From a virus (taxonomy: Duplodnaviria; Heunggongvirae; Uroviricota; Caudoviricetes), in IMG/VR virus record IMGVR_UViG_3300027734_000034: a stretch of DNA of 64,000 nucleotides. One strand, written 5' to 3'. Below the pieces are notes generated by a model that had not been told where the DNA came from, did not search any database, and saw only the letters and a list, made by a program, of their open reading frames with translations. Shown here piece after piece: positions 47,746 through 53,902 of the stretch. Position numbers and translations under genes: made by a program. Numbering within the stretch: the first letter of the stretch is position 1; the number at the start of each line of letters is the position of its first letter.

Positions 47746-47820
47746 CTGGCGTTAGTTCAACGGATAGAACAGTAGCCTTCTAAGCTATAGATAGAGGTTC
47801 GATTCCTCTACGCCGGACCA
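47746..47820 (+). tRNA. tRNA-Arg(TCT)
   Basis: Loop CTTCTAA, CCA. Confidence 0.92.
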
Positions 47821-47855
47821 AATGATATAGTTGTAAAAATACAACAAGAAAGTAT

Positions 47856-48032
47856 TTGACAATAAATGGATGTGGTGTTATACTACATGCATAAGTTGAA
47901 AATCTGTTTAAAACACAGTATGACGTAGGTTGATGCTACCGTAAGGTAGACTGATACAGAGTAAAAGGCTAGTGGAAATCATACATTAAACTAGCTAAAC
48001 AGGTTGACAATAAATGGTGCTTATGATATAAT
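47856..48032 (+). promoter_or_regulatory. Tandem sigma70 promoters (47856-47884 and 48004-48032)
   Basis: TTGACA-ATAAATGG..-TATACT and TTGACA-ATAAATGG..-TATAAT, both with 17-bp spacers. Confidence 0.8.
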
Positions 48033-48136
48033 CATAGTATGAGTTGAGAAATCAACAGGTTGTTTCAAAAAGCGAGACACGCTAGCGATAGCAAAAAGTC
48101 AAGCAGGAAACATTAAATGAGCAGGTCTCAGCCAAA

Positions 48137-48148
48137 TGTTCTTTAAAA
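48137..48148 (+). promoter_or_regulatory. boxA-like antitermination signal, with upstream GNRA hairpin at 48042-48055
   Basis: TGTTCTTTAAAA versus rrn boxA TGCTCTTTAACA; GTTGA-GAAA-TCAAC. Confidence 0.6.
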
Positions 48149-48184
48149 TTTTATTTTCGTATAGACCCTGTTTAAGTTACAGGG

Positions 48185-48270
48185 ATCTATATGTAAACAT
48201 GCTTCAGCGGGATAGACCGTGATGGATAGTTCTGTTTCGTACAGTATCCGAAGTGTGTTTTCATATAGAT
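48185..48270 (+). ncRNA. Long-stem element, family B copy 3
   Basis: ATCTATATGTAAACATGCTTC...GAAGTGTGTTTTCATATAGAT. Confidence 0.5.
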
Positions 48271-48274
48271 ATTT

Positions 48275-48350
48275 GCTCAGTTCGTCTAGAGGCCTAGGAC
48301 AACGCCCTTTCACGGCGTGAACAGGGATTCGAATTCCCTACTGAGTACCA
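48275..48350 (+). tRNA. tRNA-Glu(TTC)
   Basis: Loop CTTTCAC, CCA. Confidence 0.92.
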
Positions 48351-48355
48351 AGTTC

Positions 48356-48439
48356 GGAGACATGGCAGAGTGGTTGATTGCAACAGACTGTAAATCTGTC
48401 CTTAATTGCGCGGTGGTTCGAATCCATCTGTCTCCACCA
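48356..48439 (+). tRNA. tRNA-Tyr(GTA)
   Basis: Loop CTGTAAA, variable arm, CCA. Confidence 0.92.
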
Positions 48440-48446
48440 TATAATT

Positions 48447-48524
48447 GCTTCGTTAGCATAGCTGGCCTAATGCGCTACCCTGTCACGGTAGAGATCAGGG
48501 GTTCAAATCCCCTACGAGGCGCCA
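48447..48524 (+). tRNA. tRNA-Asp(GTC)
   Basis: Loop CTGTCAC, G73, CCA. Confidence 0.92.
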
Positions 48525-48531
48525 AATTTTT

Positions 48532-48602
48532 GCGCTGGATTGACATTGCGAGTTGGATTTGAAGCCAAACGCAGACAGGTTTGATTCCTGTCAGGTGCAC
48601 CA
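48532..48602 (+). pseudogene. Degenerate tRNA-like sequence (no D arm, irregular anticodon arm)
   Basis: GACAGG-TTTGATT-CCTGTC, GCGC/GTGC-A-CCA. Confidence 0.5.
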
Positions 48603-48605
48603 AGT

Positions 48606-48784
48606 TTTGTAAGTGTAGATGTTGAGAAAGCATGGTGTCGAAAGCCATGTGAGAGAATGGTACGAGTCCAACAAAATTGCAACGCTCAAGTATCAACTAT
48701 TACTACGTACCTCTATCCTGTCGGCCGCTTTAAAGAAAATACAGGTAGAATGGTAGCAATGAGTGAGGTGCTACTACTTACAAA
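48606..48784 (+). ncRNA. Uncharacterised structured RNA
   Basis: Terminal TTTGTAAGT/ACTTACAAA; CATGGT-GTCGAAA-GCCATG; T-loop-like TGG-TACGAGT-CCA. Confidence 0.45.
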
Positions 48785-48792
48785 TTAATCAT

Positions 48793-48866
48793 GCGGGGTT
48801 CGTAAAATGGCATTACCTTAGCCTTCCAAGCTAAAGTCAGGAGTTCGATTCTCCTACCCCGCTCCA
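48793..48866 (+). tRNA. tRNA-Gly(TCC)
   Basis: Loop CTTCCAA, U73, CCA. Confidence 0.92.
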
Positions 48867-48872
48867 TAATGT

Positions 48873-48901
48873 TTGACATATATCTATCAATGATATATAA
48901 T
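48873..48901 (+). promoter_or_regulatory. sigma70-type promoter
   Basis: TTGACA-17-TATAAT. Confidence 0.75.
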
Positions 48902-48914
48902 AGTGAAATGAAAT

Positions 48915-48999
48915 GCGACTGTGATGAAATAGGTAGACATAGTAGACTTAAAATCTACCGCCGAAAGGTGTACCGGTTCGATTCCGGTCAGTCGTACCA
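48915..48999 (+). tRNA. tRNA-Leu(TAA)
   Basis: Loop CTTAAAA, variable arm GCC-GAAA-GGT, CCA. Confidence 0.93.
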
Positions 49000-49157
49000 T
49001 AATATAGTGTATTCTTGTCAAAATGTTATAGGGATATAGCCTACCCTATATATAAAAGAAAGTGCTGCATATATAGATTACTTTGAATAATCTATGAACG
49101 AGGATGCACCACAAGGTACGGTGTTATGACATACACTGGGAGTATACTATATTATGG
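48997..49157 (+). ncRNA. Uncharacterised RNA closed by a ~20-bp stem
   Basis: CCATAATATAGTGTATTCTT/GGGAGTATACTATATTATGG; internal TATAGGG/CCCTATA, ATAGATTA/TAATCTAT. Confidence 0.45.
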
Positions 49158-49162
49158 TAATT

Positions 49163-49239
49163 GCCTTCATAGCACAATTGGTTAGTGCAAACGACTCATA
49201 ATCGTTAGGTTACTGGTTCGAGTCCAGTTGAAGGCACCA
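49163..49239 (+). tRNA. tRNA(CAT), Ile2-like
   Basis: AACGA-CTCATAA-TCGTT; resembles ileX-type body. Confidence 0.88.
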
Positions 49240-49300
49240 GATATTACGGAGAGTGACAGTTTATGCAACTGTAGCATAAATACATTCATAGGAGATTGAC

Positions 49301-49744
49301 ATGAATGTAAATGAAAAAGGTACTGTAGGTCTGATTGAGGTTATCAGAGACCTAACAAAAAAAGGATATGAGTGTTTTACCCCAATTCACGACTATAGCA
49401 AAGTAGATTTGATTGCGATGGCTAATTCTTGGGAAACATTTAAGATTCAAGTAAAGTATCGGACTACTTTTAGGAATAGAATAGAAGTAGGTTTTAACTC
49501 AGTAGTCAATGGGAAAAAAGTCCCGATGGATTTGACTGCAATTGACGGGTGGGCAATTTATTGTCCCGAGTTAGATAAAGTCGTTTATGTTCACAAGAGT
49601 GAAGTAAACATAGAATTAGGTGGCTTTAGTTTTAGATTAGAGCCGGGAAAAAACACATTCAATACTAGCGACGGTAAGACTAGATTGAAATTGTTTGATG
49701 AATACGGAGATGTGGCCGAGTGGTCTAAGGCAGCAGGTTGCTAA
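49301..49744 (+). CDS. Free-standing PD-(D/E)XK homing endonuclease (PDDEXK_5/I-Ssp6803I-like)
   Basis: KGTVG..GYECFTP..DLI..KIQVK; 3' end overlaps tRNA-Ser. Confidence 0.8.
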   Translation: MNVNEKGTVGLIEVIRDLTKKGYECFTPIHDYSKVDLIAMANSWETFKIQVKYRTTFRNRIEVGFNSVVNGKKVPMDLTAIDGWAIYCPELDKVVYVHKSEVNIELGGFSFRLEPGKNTFNTSDGKTRLKLFDEYGDVAEWSKAAGC

Positions 49745-49797
49745 CCTGTCGTGTCAAGTAATTGGCACCGTGAGTTCAAATCTCACCGTCTCCGCCA
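49706..49797 (+). tRNA. tRNA-Ser(GCT)
   Basis: Loop TTGCTAA, long variable arm, G73, CCA. Confidence 0.92.
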
Positions 49798-49819
49798 AAG
49801 ATTTTTAACAAGGAAAAAT

Positions 49820-49981
49820 ATGAAACCAAACAAGACTTTTAAAATGAGTAAGTCATTCAAACGATTGACTAGGACACTACCATTCAATACTGGTGATCAA
49901 CGACATGCATTCAAGCGAATGATGATTGATGCTCAATTGATGGGTGGAGTACGCCCGGCTAGAGAAAAGTCAGAGAAATAA
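49820..49981 (+). CDS. Small basic hypothetical protein
   Basis: MKPNKTFKMSK..FKRMMIDAQL; AAGGA RBS. Confidence 0.6.
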   Translation: MKPNKTFKMSKSFKRLTRTLPFNTGDQRHAFKRMMIDAQLMGGVRPAREKSEK

Positions 49982-49984
49982 TAT

Positions 49985-50062
49985 GTAGGGATGGCGGAGC
50001 GGCCCAACGCAACTGTCTGCAAAACAGTAACACCGCGAGTTCAAATCTCGCTCCCTACTCCA
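49985..50062 (+). tRNA. tRNA-Cys(GCA)
   Basis: ACTGT-CTGCAAA-ACAGT, U73, CCA. Confidence 0.9.
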
Positions 50063-50070
50063 AGTAAAGG

Positions 50071-50099
50071 TTGACAACAAACCTAAATTGTTGTATAAT
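50071..50099 (+). promoter_or_regulatory. sigma70-type promoter
   Basis: TTGACA-17-TATAAT. Confidence 0.8.
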
Positions 50100-50126
50100 A
50101 AATTTTTTAACGAAAGAGGTAATGAC

Positions 50127-50190
50127 ATGAAACGTTCAATGAAACGATAGTGTCATTCTTAAACCCCATGTATTGGTTTAGGGATGGCAC
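50127..50190 (+). promoter_or_regulatory. Micro-ORF MKRSMKR* plus 16-bp hairpin ahead of two tRNA-Lys
   Basis: GAGGT SD 6 nt before ATG; GTGTCATTCTTAAACC/GGTTTAGGGATGGCAC. Confidence 0.45.
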
Positions 50191-50217
50191 ATTAAAGACA
50201 AATTTAATACTGCTTGT

Positions 50218-50292
50218 CCCTTCAAGATGTTACGGTAGCATAGCGGACTCTTAATCCGACAAGACTCAGTTCAATTCTGAGTGGAGGGACCA
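50218..50292 (+). tRNA. tRNA-Lys(CTT)
   Basis: Loop CTCTTAA, CCA. Confidence 0.85.
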
Positions 50293-50298
50293 ATATAT

Positions 50299-50374
50299 GG
50301 GGTTATGGTGAAACGGTTATCACAGCAGACTTTTAATCTGCCAGTTCCGAGTTCGAATCTCGGTGGCCCTACCA
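50299..50374 (+). tRNA. tRNA-Lys(TTT)
   Basis: Loop CTTTTAA, CCA. Confidence 0.92.
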
Positions 50375-50487
50375 TATAAGAACACATTCAACGGCAAACA
50401 GGATACCTGGCAACTGGACGCAGGGGCTATCCCAAAGATGTAGGGCACTACCACCGTAAAGTCAGGAAATGAGTGTGTTCCTATATG
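50373..50487 (+). ncRNA. Long-stem element, family B copy 4
   Basis: CATATAAGAACACATTCA...TGAGTGTGTTCCTATATG; internal GGATA/TATCC, GTAG/CTAC. Confidence 0.55.
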
Positions 50488-50507
50488 ATGACTAAATAAA
50501 GAATAAT

Positions 50508-50597
50508 GGAAGATTGGTCGAGTGGTTTATGGCTCTAGTCTTGAAAACTAGCGAATCTTAAAAGGTTCCGTGAGTTCGAATCTCACATCTTCCTCCA
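50508..50597 (+). tRNA. tRNA-Ser(TGA)
   Basis: CTAGT-CTTGAAA-ACTAG, variable arm, CCA. Confidence 0.92.
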
Positions 50598-50602
50598 AGT
50601 TA

Positions 50603-50666
50603 AGGATCGGTTCAGCAAATTTTATACATTTGACTTTTAATCAAAACCGTAAAAAACGATCCTGTT
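50603..50666 (+). ncRNA. Y-RNA-like module, family A copy 3, with Lys(UUU) anticodon stem-loop
   Basis: AGGATCGGTT-CAGCAA...AACGATCCTGTT; TTTGA-CTTTTAA-TCAAA. Confidence 0.7.
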
Positions 50667-50668
50667 AT

Positions 50669-50743
50669 ATCTCCCTGGTGTTAGCGGCAGCACATCGGTC
50701 TCCAAAACCGCAAGGCAAGGTTCAAATCCTTGGGGGGATGCCA
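50669..50743 (+). tRNA. tRNA-Trp(CCA)
   Basis: Loop CTCCAAA, G73, CCA. Confidence 0.9.
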
Positions 50744-50753
50744 AAGAATAAAT

Positions 50754-50838
50754 GCCCTGGTGGCGAAATTGGTAGACGCACCAGATTTAGGTTCTGACGC
50801 CGAAAGGCGTGTCGGTTCGAGTCCGACCTAGGGCACCA
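50754..50838 (+). tRNA. tRNA-Leu(TAG)
   Basis: Loop TTTAGGT, variable arm, CCA. Confidence 0.92.
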
Positions 50839-50894
50839 CAAAAACTCGCCTTGACTGATGGCGTATAATGAGATAAGTAATCAGTCACGAATTC

Positions 50895-50968
50895 GGGGGA
50901 TTAGTATAATGGGATTACGGCAGCTTTGCAAGCTGTTTATGAGAGTTCGATTCTCTCATCCTCCACCA
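50895..50968 (+). tRNA. tRNA-Ala(TGC)
   Basis: Loop TTTGCAA, G3.U70, CCA. Confidence 0.92.
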
Positions 50969-50973
50969 AGTTA

Positions 50974-51034
50974 AGGATGCTTCCAGCAAATAAAACAAAC
51001 TTTTATTATCAAAAAAGCAAAACAGCATCCTGTT
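50974..51034 (+). ncRNA. Y-RNA-like module, family A copy 4
   Basis: AGGATGCTTC-CAGCAA...AGCATCCTGTT. Confidence 0.65.
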
Positions 51035-51038
51035 AAAT

Positions 51039-51115
51039 GCGTGATTAGTTCAGCATGGAAGAACGCTACCCCGACACGGTAGAGGTCAAAAGTTCGAATC
51101 TTTTATCACGCACCA
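51039..51115 (+). tRNA. tRNA-Val(GAC), C33
   Basis: CTACC-CCGACAC-GGTAG, CCA. Confidence 0.85.
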
Positions 51116-51133
51116 AGAACAACATAAATATAT

Positions 51134-51212
51134 AGCGGAGTGGGGGAGTATGGTCGTCCCCGCTAGTCTCATAAGCTAGAGAACGGTGGTTCAAATCCAT
51201 CCTCCGCATCCA
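51134..51212 (+). tRNA. tRNA-Met(CAT), initiator-like (1:72 mismatch) but lacking the three G-C pairs
   Basis: AGCGGAG/CTCCGCA, CTAGT-CTCATAA-GCTAG, TTCAAAT. Confidence 0.8.
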
Positions 51213-51217
51213 ATACT

Positions 51218-51454
51218 ATGACAGATTACGTATTAGCTTTTTTAGCAATGTTCCTTACTGATGTTTTTTACACGTACTACCTAAAGGCAGTGCAAGATGA
51301 ACAAGCATTAAGAGCAAGTAGCTGGGCAACAATCATATATATTGTTGCAGCCTTTGCAATCATAGAGTATAATACTAATCATCTGTTATTGATTCCAGCA
51401 GCACTTGGTGCGTTTTGCGGCACGTTTGTTGGAATGAAGTTGAGAAAGAAATAA
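51218..51454 (+). CDS. Small membrane protein
   Basis: Three hydrophobic segments; LGAFCGTFVG. Confidence 0.65.
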   Translation: MTDYVLAFLAMFLTDVFYTYYLKAVQDEQALRASSWATIIYIVAAFAIIEYNTNHLLLIPAALGAFCGTFVGMKLRKK

Positions 51455-51514
51455 TTCGGAGTGTGGTCGGAGACTAAAAATCTCAATAATTGTCCTCCGA
51501 GCATAAATAGATGT

Positions 51515-52096
51515 ATGGAACTCATACAATATCAAAATAATGACGGGACTTTTACTAGTCCCAAAAACGGAAAAATATATAAATCATTGAAGGCTTTTAG
51601 AGCGCATTGGTTTAACAATCCGGCTGGAGCAGGTTTTAAAGGATTAAATCTTATAAAAAAAGATTGTCAATATTGCTCAAGCAAATATGGATTGTCTAAT
51701 TTAAAAAGACATGAAGAAAAATGTTATTTGAATCCTAAAAATATAAGAGAATGCTTACATTGTAGTAAACCTATTAAGGATTATGTAGGTTCAAAGGGCA
51801 CATGTAGTAGAAGTTGTGCTAACAGCTTTTTTAAAGTAGGTGAGAATAATGGAAATTTCAAAGGTGATTCATATCAATTTCTTTGTTTTTCTAATCATAA
51901 AAAAGAATGTATAGTGTGTGGAGAAAATAAAATTGTTGCGGTTCATCATTACAACGAAAACCACGAGGACAATAGAATTGAAAATTTAGTTCCCTTGTGC
52001 CCCACACATCATCAATATATGCATAGTAGATATGCAGAAGAAATTAGACACATAGTTGATAACTATGTAAATACATTTATACTCCGGTTCGCCTAA
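51515..52096 (+). CDS. Zn-finger HNH homing endonuclease
   Basis: CQYC, CLHC, CSRSC, CIVCG..VHH..N..NLVPLCPTHH; overlaps tRNA-Pro. Confidence 0.85.
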   Translation: MELIQYQNNDGTFTSPKNGKIYKSLKAFRAHWFNNPAGAGFKGLNLIKKDCQYCSSKYGLSNLKRHEEKCYLNPKNIRECLHCSKPIKDYVGSKGTCSRSCANSFFKVGENNGNFKGDSYQFLCFSNHKKECIVCGENKIVAVHHYNENHEDNRIENLVPLCPTHHQYMHSRYAEEIRHIVDNYVNTFILRFA

Positions 52097-52160
52097 TCTG
52101 GTTATGGCACTTGCTTTGGGAGCAAGAATAATGTGAGTTCAAATCCCACACTGGAGACCA
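52082..52160 (+). tRNA. tRNA-Pro(TGG)
   Basis: CTTGC-TTTGGGA-GCAAG, CCA. Confidence 0.9.
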
Positions 52161-52176
52161 AGTAAAGGAATATGTT

Positions 52177-52365
52177 ATGAGTAAAGGTAGTAGACCAAGA
52201 CCATATAGTGTTAGTCAAAAAGAATATCTAGATAAGTTTGATGCAATCTTTCGCAAGCCCTCACCTAGAGAGATTGAGGATGCCCAAATAGAGCAAGAAG
52301 CATTTGACAAGATAGAAGAAAAGATGTATACTGCAAAGATAGAAGGAGATAAACAATGCAAGTAA
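52177..52365 (+). CDS. Small hypothetical protein
   Basis: MSKGSRPRP..FDAIF; AAGGA RBS. Confidence 0.6.
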   Translation: MSKGSRPRPYSVSQKEYLDKFDAIFRKPSPREIEDAQIEQEAFDKIEEKMYTAKIEGDKQCK

Positions 52366-52625
52366 GAGCAAAACATATTTTAGTAGAATCATTGAACACC
52401 GCAGTAACTTTAAAAGAAAAGATTGCGATGGGAGAAGATTTTGGTGCATTAGCAAAACTTCATAGCAAGTGTCCGAGTGGACAGAATGGTGGAGATTTGG
52501 GAATGTTTAGTCGTGGACAGATGGTAAAGCCGTTTGAAGATGTTGCGTTTGGTAGTGATGTTGGCCAAGTAAGTGGCCCAGTACAAACACAATTCGGTTA
52601 TCATTTGATTCAACGAACAGGATAA
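52356..52625 (+). CDS. ppiC: Parvulin-type peptidyl-prolyl isomerase
   Basis: AKHILV, S.CPS..GGDLG.F.RGQMV..FE, TQFGYHLI. Confidence 0.93.
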   Translation: MQVRAKHILVESLNTAVTLKEKIAMGEDFGALAKLHSKCPSGQNGGDLGMFSRGQMVKPFEDVAFGSDVGQVSGPVQTQFGYHLIQRTG

Positions 52626-52632
52626 AAATTTT

Positions 52633-52707
52633 GCCTCGTTAACTCAGCGGTAGAGTAGCGCCTTTACACGGCGAATGTCGGCGGTTCAATCCCGTCACGA
52701 GGTACCA
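52633..52707 (+). tRNA. tRNA-Val(TAC)
   Basis: Loop TTTACAC, CCA. Confidence 0.92.
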
Positions 52708-52716
52708 GGTTAGTAA

Positions 52717-52790
52717 GCGGGTATGATGTAATGGTAGCTTGTGACCTTGCCAAGGTTAGCGTGAGAGTTCGATTCTCTCTACCCGCTCCA
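52717..52790 (+). tRNA. tRNA-Gly(GCC)
   Basis: Loop TTGCCAA, U73, CCA. Confidence 0.9.
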
Positions 52791-52800
52791 AAGATAAATT

Positions 52801-53355
52801 ATGGCACATCAACAACAATTTGATTTTATTCAAACATTGAAAACAAAATATCCATCACACTTTGCTAATGCAAAGGTGTTAGAGGTAGGTAGTCTCAATA
52901 TCAATGGGTCAATACGACAATTCTTCACTGAGTGTGATTACTTGGGAATTGATGTTGGCCCGGGACTTGATGTTGATTTAGTTTGCGAAGGTCAAAAATT
53001 ATATCATCCAGATGAAACGTATGATACAGTTGGCAGCTGTGAATGTTTTGAACACAATCCATATTGGGTAGAGACATTTGTCAATATGCATAGGATGACT
53101 AAACGTAATGGTCTAGTGTTTATGTCTTGTGCTACAACAGGTAGAGCCGAACACGGTACTACTCGTACTAGTCCACAAGATAGTCCATTGACAGTTACGA
53201 ATGGTTGGGAATATTATAAAAACTTAACCGAACAAGATTTTAGAAAACATATTTTTTACATGGATATTGACAAAATGTTTAGTGAATATGAATTTATAGT
53301 GGGTGCGCCGCATCCCGATTTATATTTCTATGGCATTAAAAAGGAGATAGTATGA
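52801..53355 (+). CDS. Class I SAM methyltransferase (Methyltransf_11-like)
   Basis: VLEVGS, YLGID, ECFEH. Confidence 0.8.
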   Translation: MAHQQQFDFIQTLKTKYPSHFANAKVLEVGSLNINGSIRQFFTECDYLGIDVGPGLDVDLVCEGQKLYHPDETYDTVGSCECFEHNPYWVETFVNMHRMTKRNGLVFMSCATTGRAEHGTTRTSPQDSPLTVTNGWEYYKNLTEQDFRKHIFYMDIDKMFSEYEFIVGAPHPDLYFYGIKKEIV

Positions 53356-53570
53356 CTGAAAGCAGAGCAAGATACACTAGCCAAGAGGCTGTAGAGATGA
53401 TTGGTAATCGATTTGATATGGTTCTAATCGCTTGCATTAGAGTAAGGGAACTCAAGCGTGGTCATAGGCCTAAACTTGATAATCCTTTAAAGGCAGGACC
53501 CACAGTGGTTGCACTGATGGAAATTGAAAAAGGCCTAGTAGGCCGAGAATATCTTAAACAAGTAAGATAA
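53352..53570 (+). CDS. rpoZ: RNA polymerase omega subunit homolog
   Basis: ARYT..AVE.IGNRFDMVLIA..R.REL..ALMEIEKG. Confidence 0.8.
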   Translation: MTESRARYTSQEAVEMIGNRFDMVLIACIRVRELKRGHRPKLDNPLKAGPTVVALMEIEKGLVGREYLKQVR

Positions 53571-53632
53571 GTTACCCAAAATGTATATACAACAACTGGA
53601 TGTTGTTGTATAATACACGTATTGAAGATTAA

Positions 53633-53804
53633 AGGATAGGTTCAGCAACACTATATTACTATAGGCTGATTTACTTTCTCTGTTATTAACTGGAGCCTGA
53701 AAGGGCGTTGAAGGTTGGTAACAATGCGTAAGCAAGGATCGTATTTCTAGAGGAGTTTCGATAAGTCTCCTCAATAAAAACAAAAAGTAGACAACTATCC
53801 TGTT
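53633..53804 (+). ncRNA. Y-RNA-like module, family A copy 5 (long, multi-hairpin cargo)
   Basis: AGGATAGGTT-CAGCAA...AACTATCCTGTT; GCCT-GAAA-GGGC, TGC-GTAA-GCA, GAGGAG/CTCCTC. Confidence 0.65.
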
Positions 53805-53817
53805 ATTTTTTATATTT

Positions 53818-53874
53818 AGGATGCTTCCAGCAAATTTTAAACTTTTATTGAAAAAAAGCAAAAAGCATCCTGTT
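53818..53874 (+). ncRNA. Y-RNA-like module, family A copy 6
   Basis: AGGATGCTTC-CAGCAA...AAGCATCCTGTT; CTTTT-ATTGAAA-AAAAG. Confidence 0.65.
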
Positions 53875-53902
53875 GCATAATACACACAGAAAGGAGAAAA
53901 CT

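Noticed and set aside
49240-49750. Group I intron around the PD-(D/E)XK gene
   Set aside because: Only ~60 nt upstream and none downstream; no P7 core; both flanking tRNAs are uninterrupted
43339-50797. ORF-track ORFs overlapping tRNAs (e.g. 43339, 43531, 44560, 45091, 45095, 47525, 48317, 48475, 50570)
   Set aside because: Chance frames across tRNA/ncRNA genes
43831-53874. Family A or B repeats as CRISPR or transposon ends
   Set aside because: Dispersed, variable-length interiors, compensatory stem changes and placement in tRNA slots point to RNA structure; no transposase or target duplications
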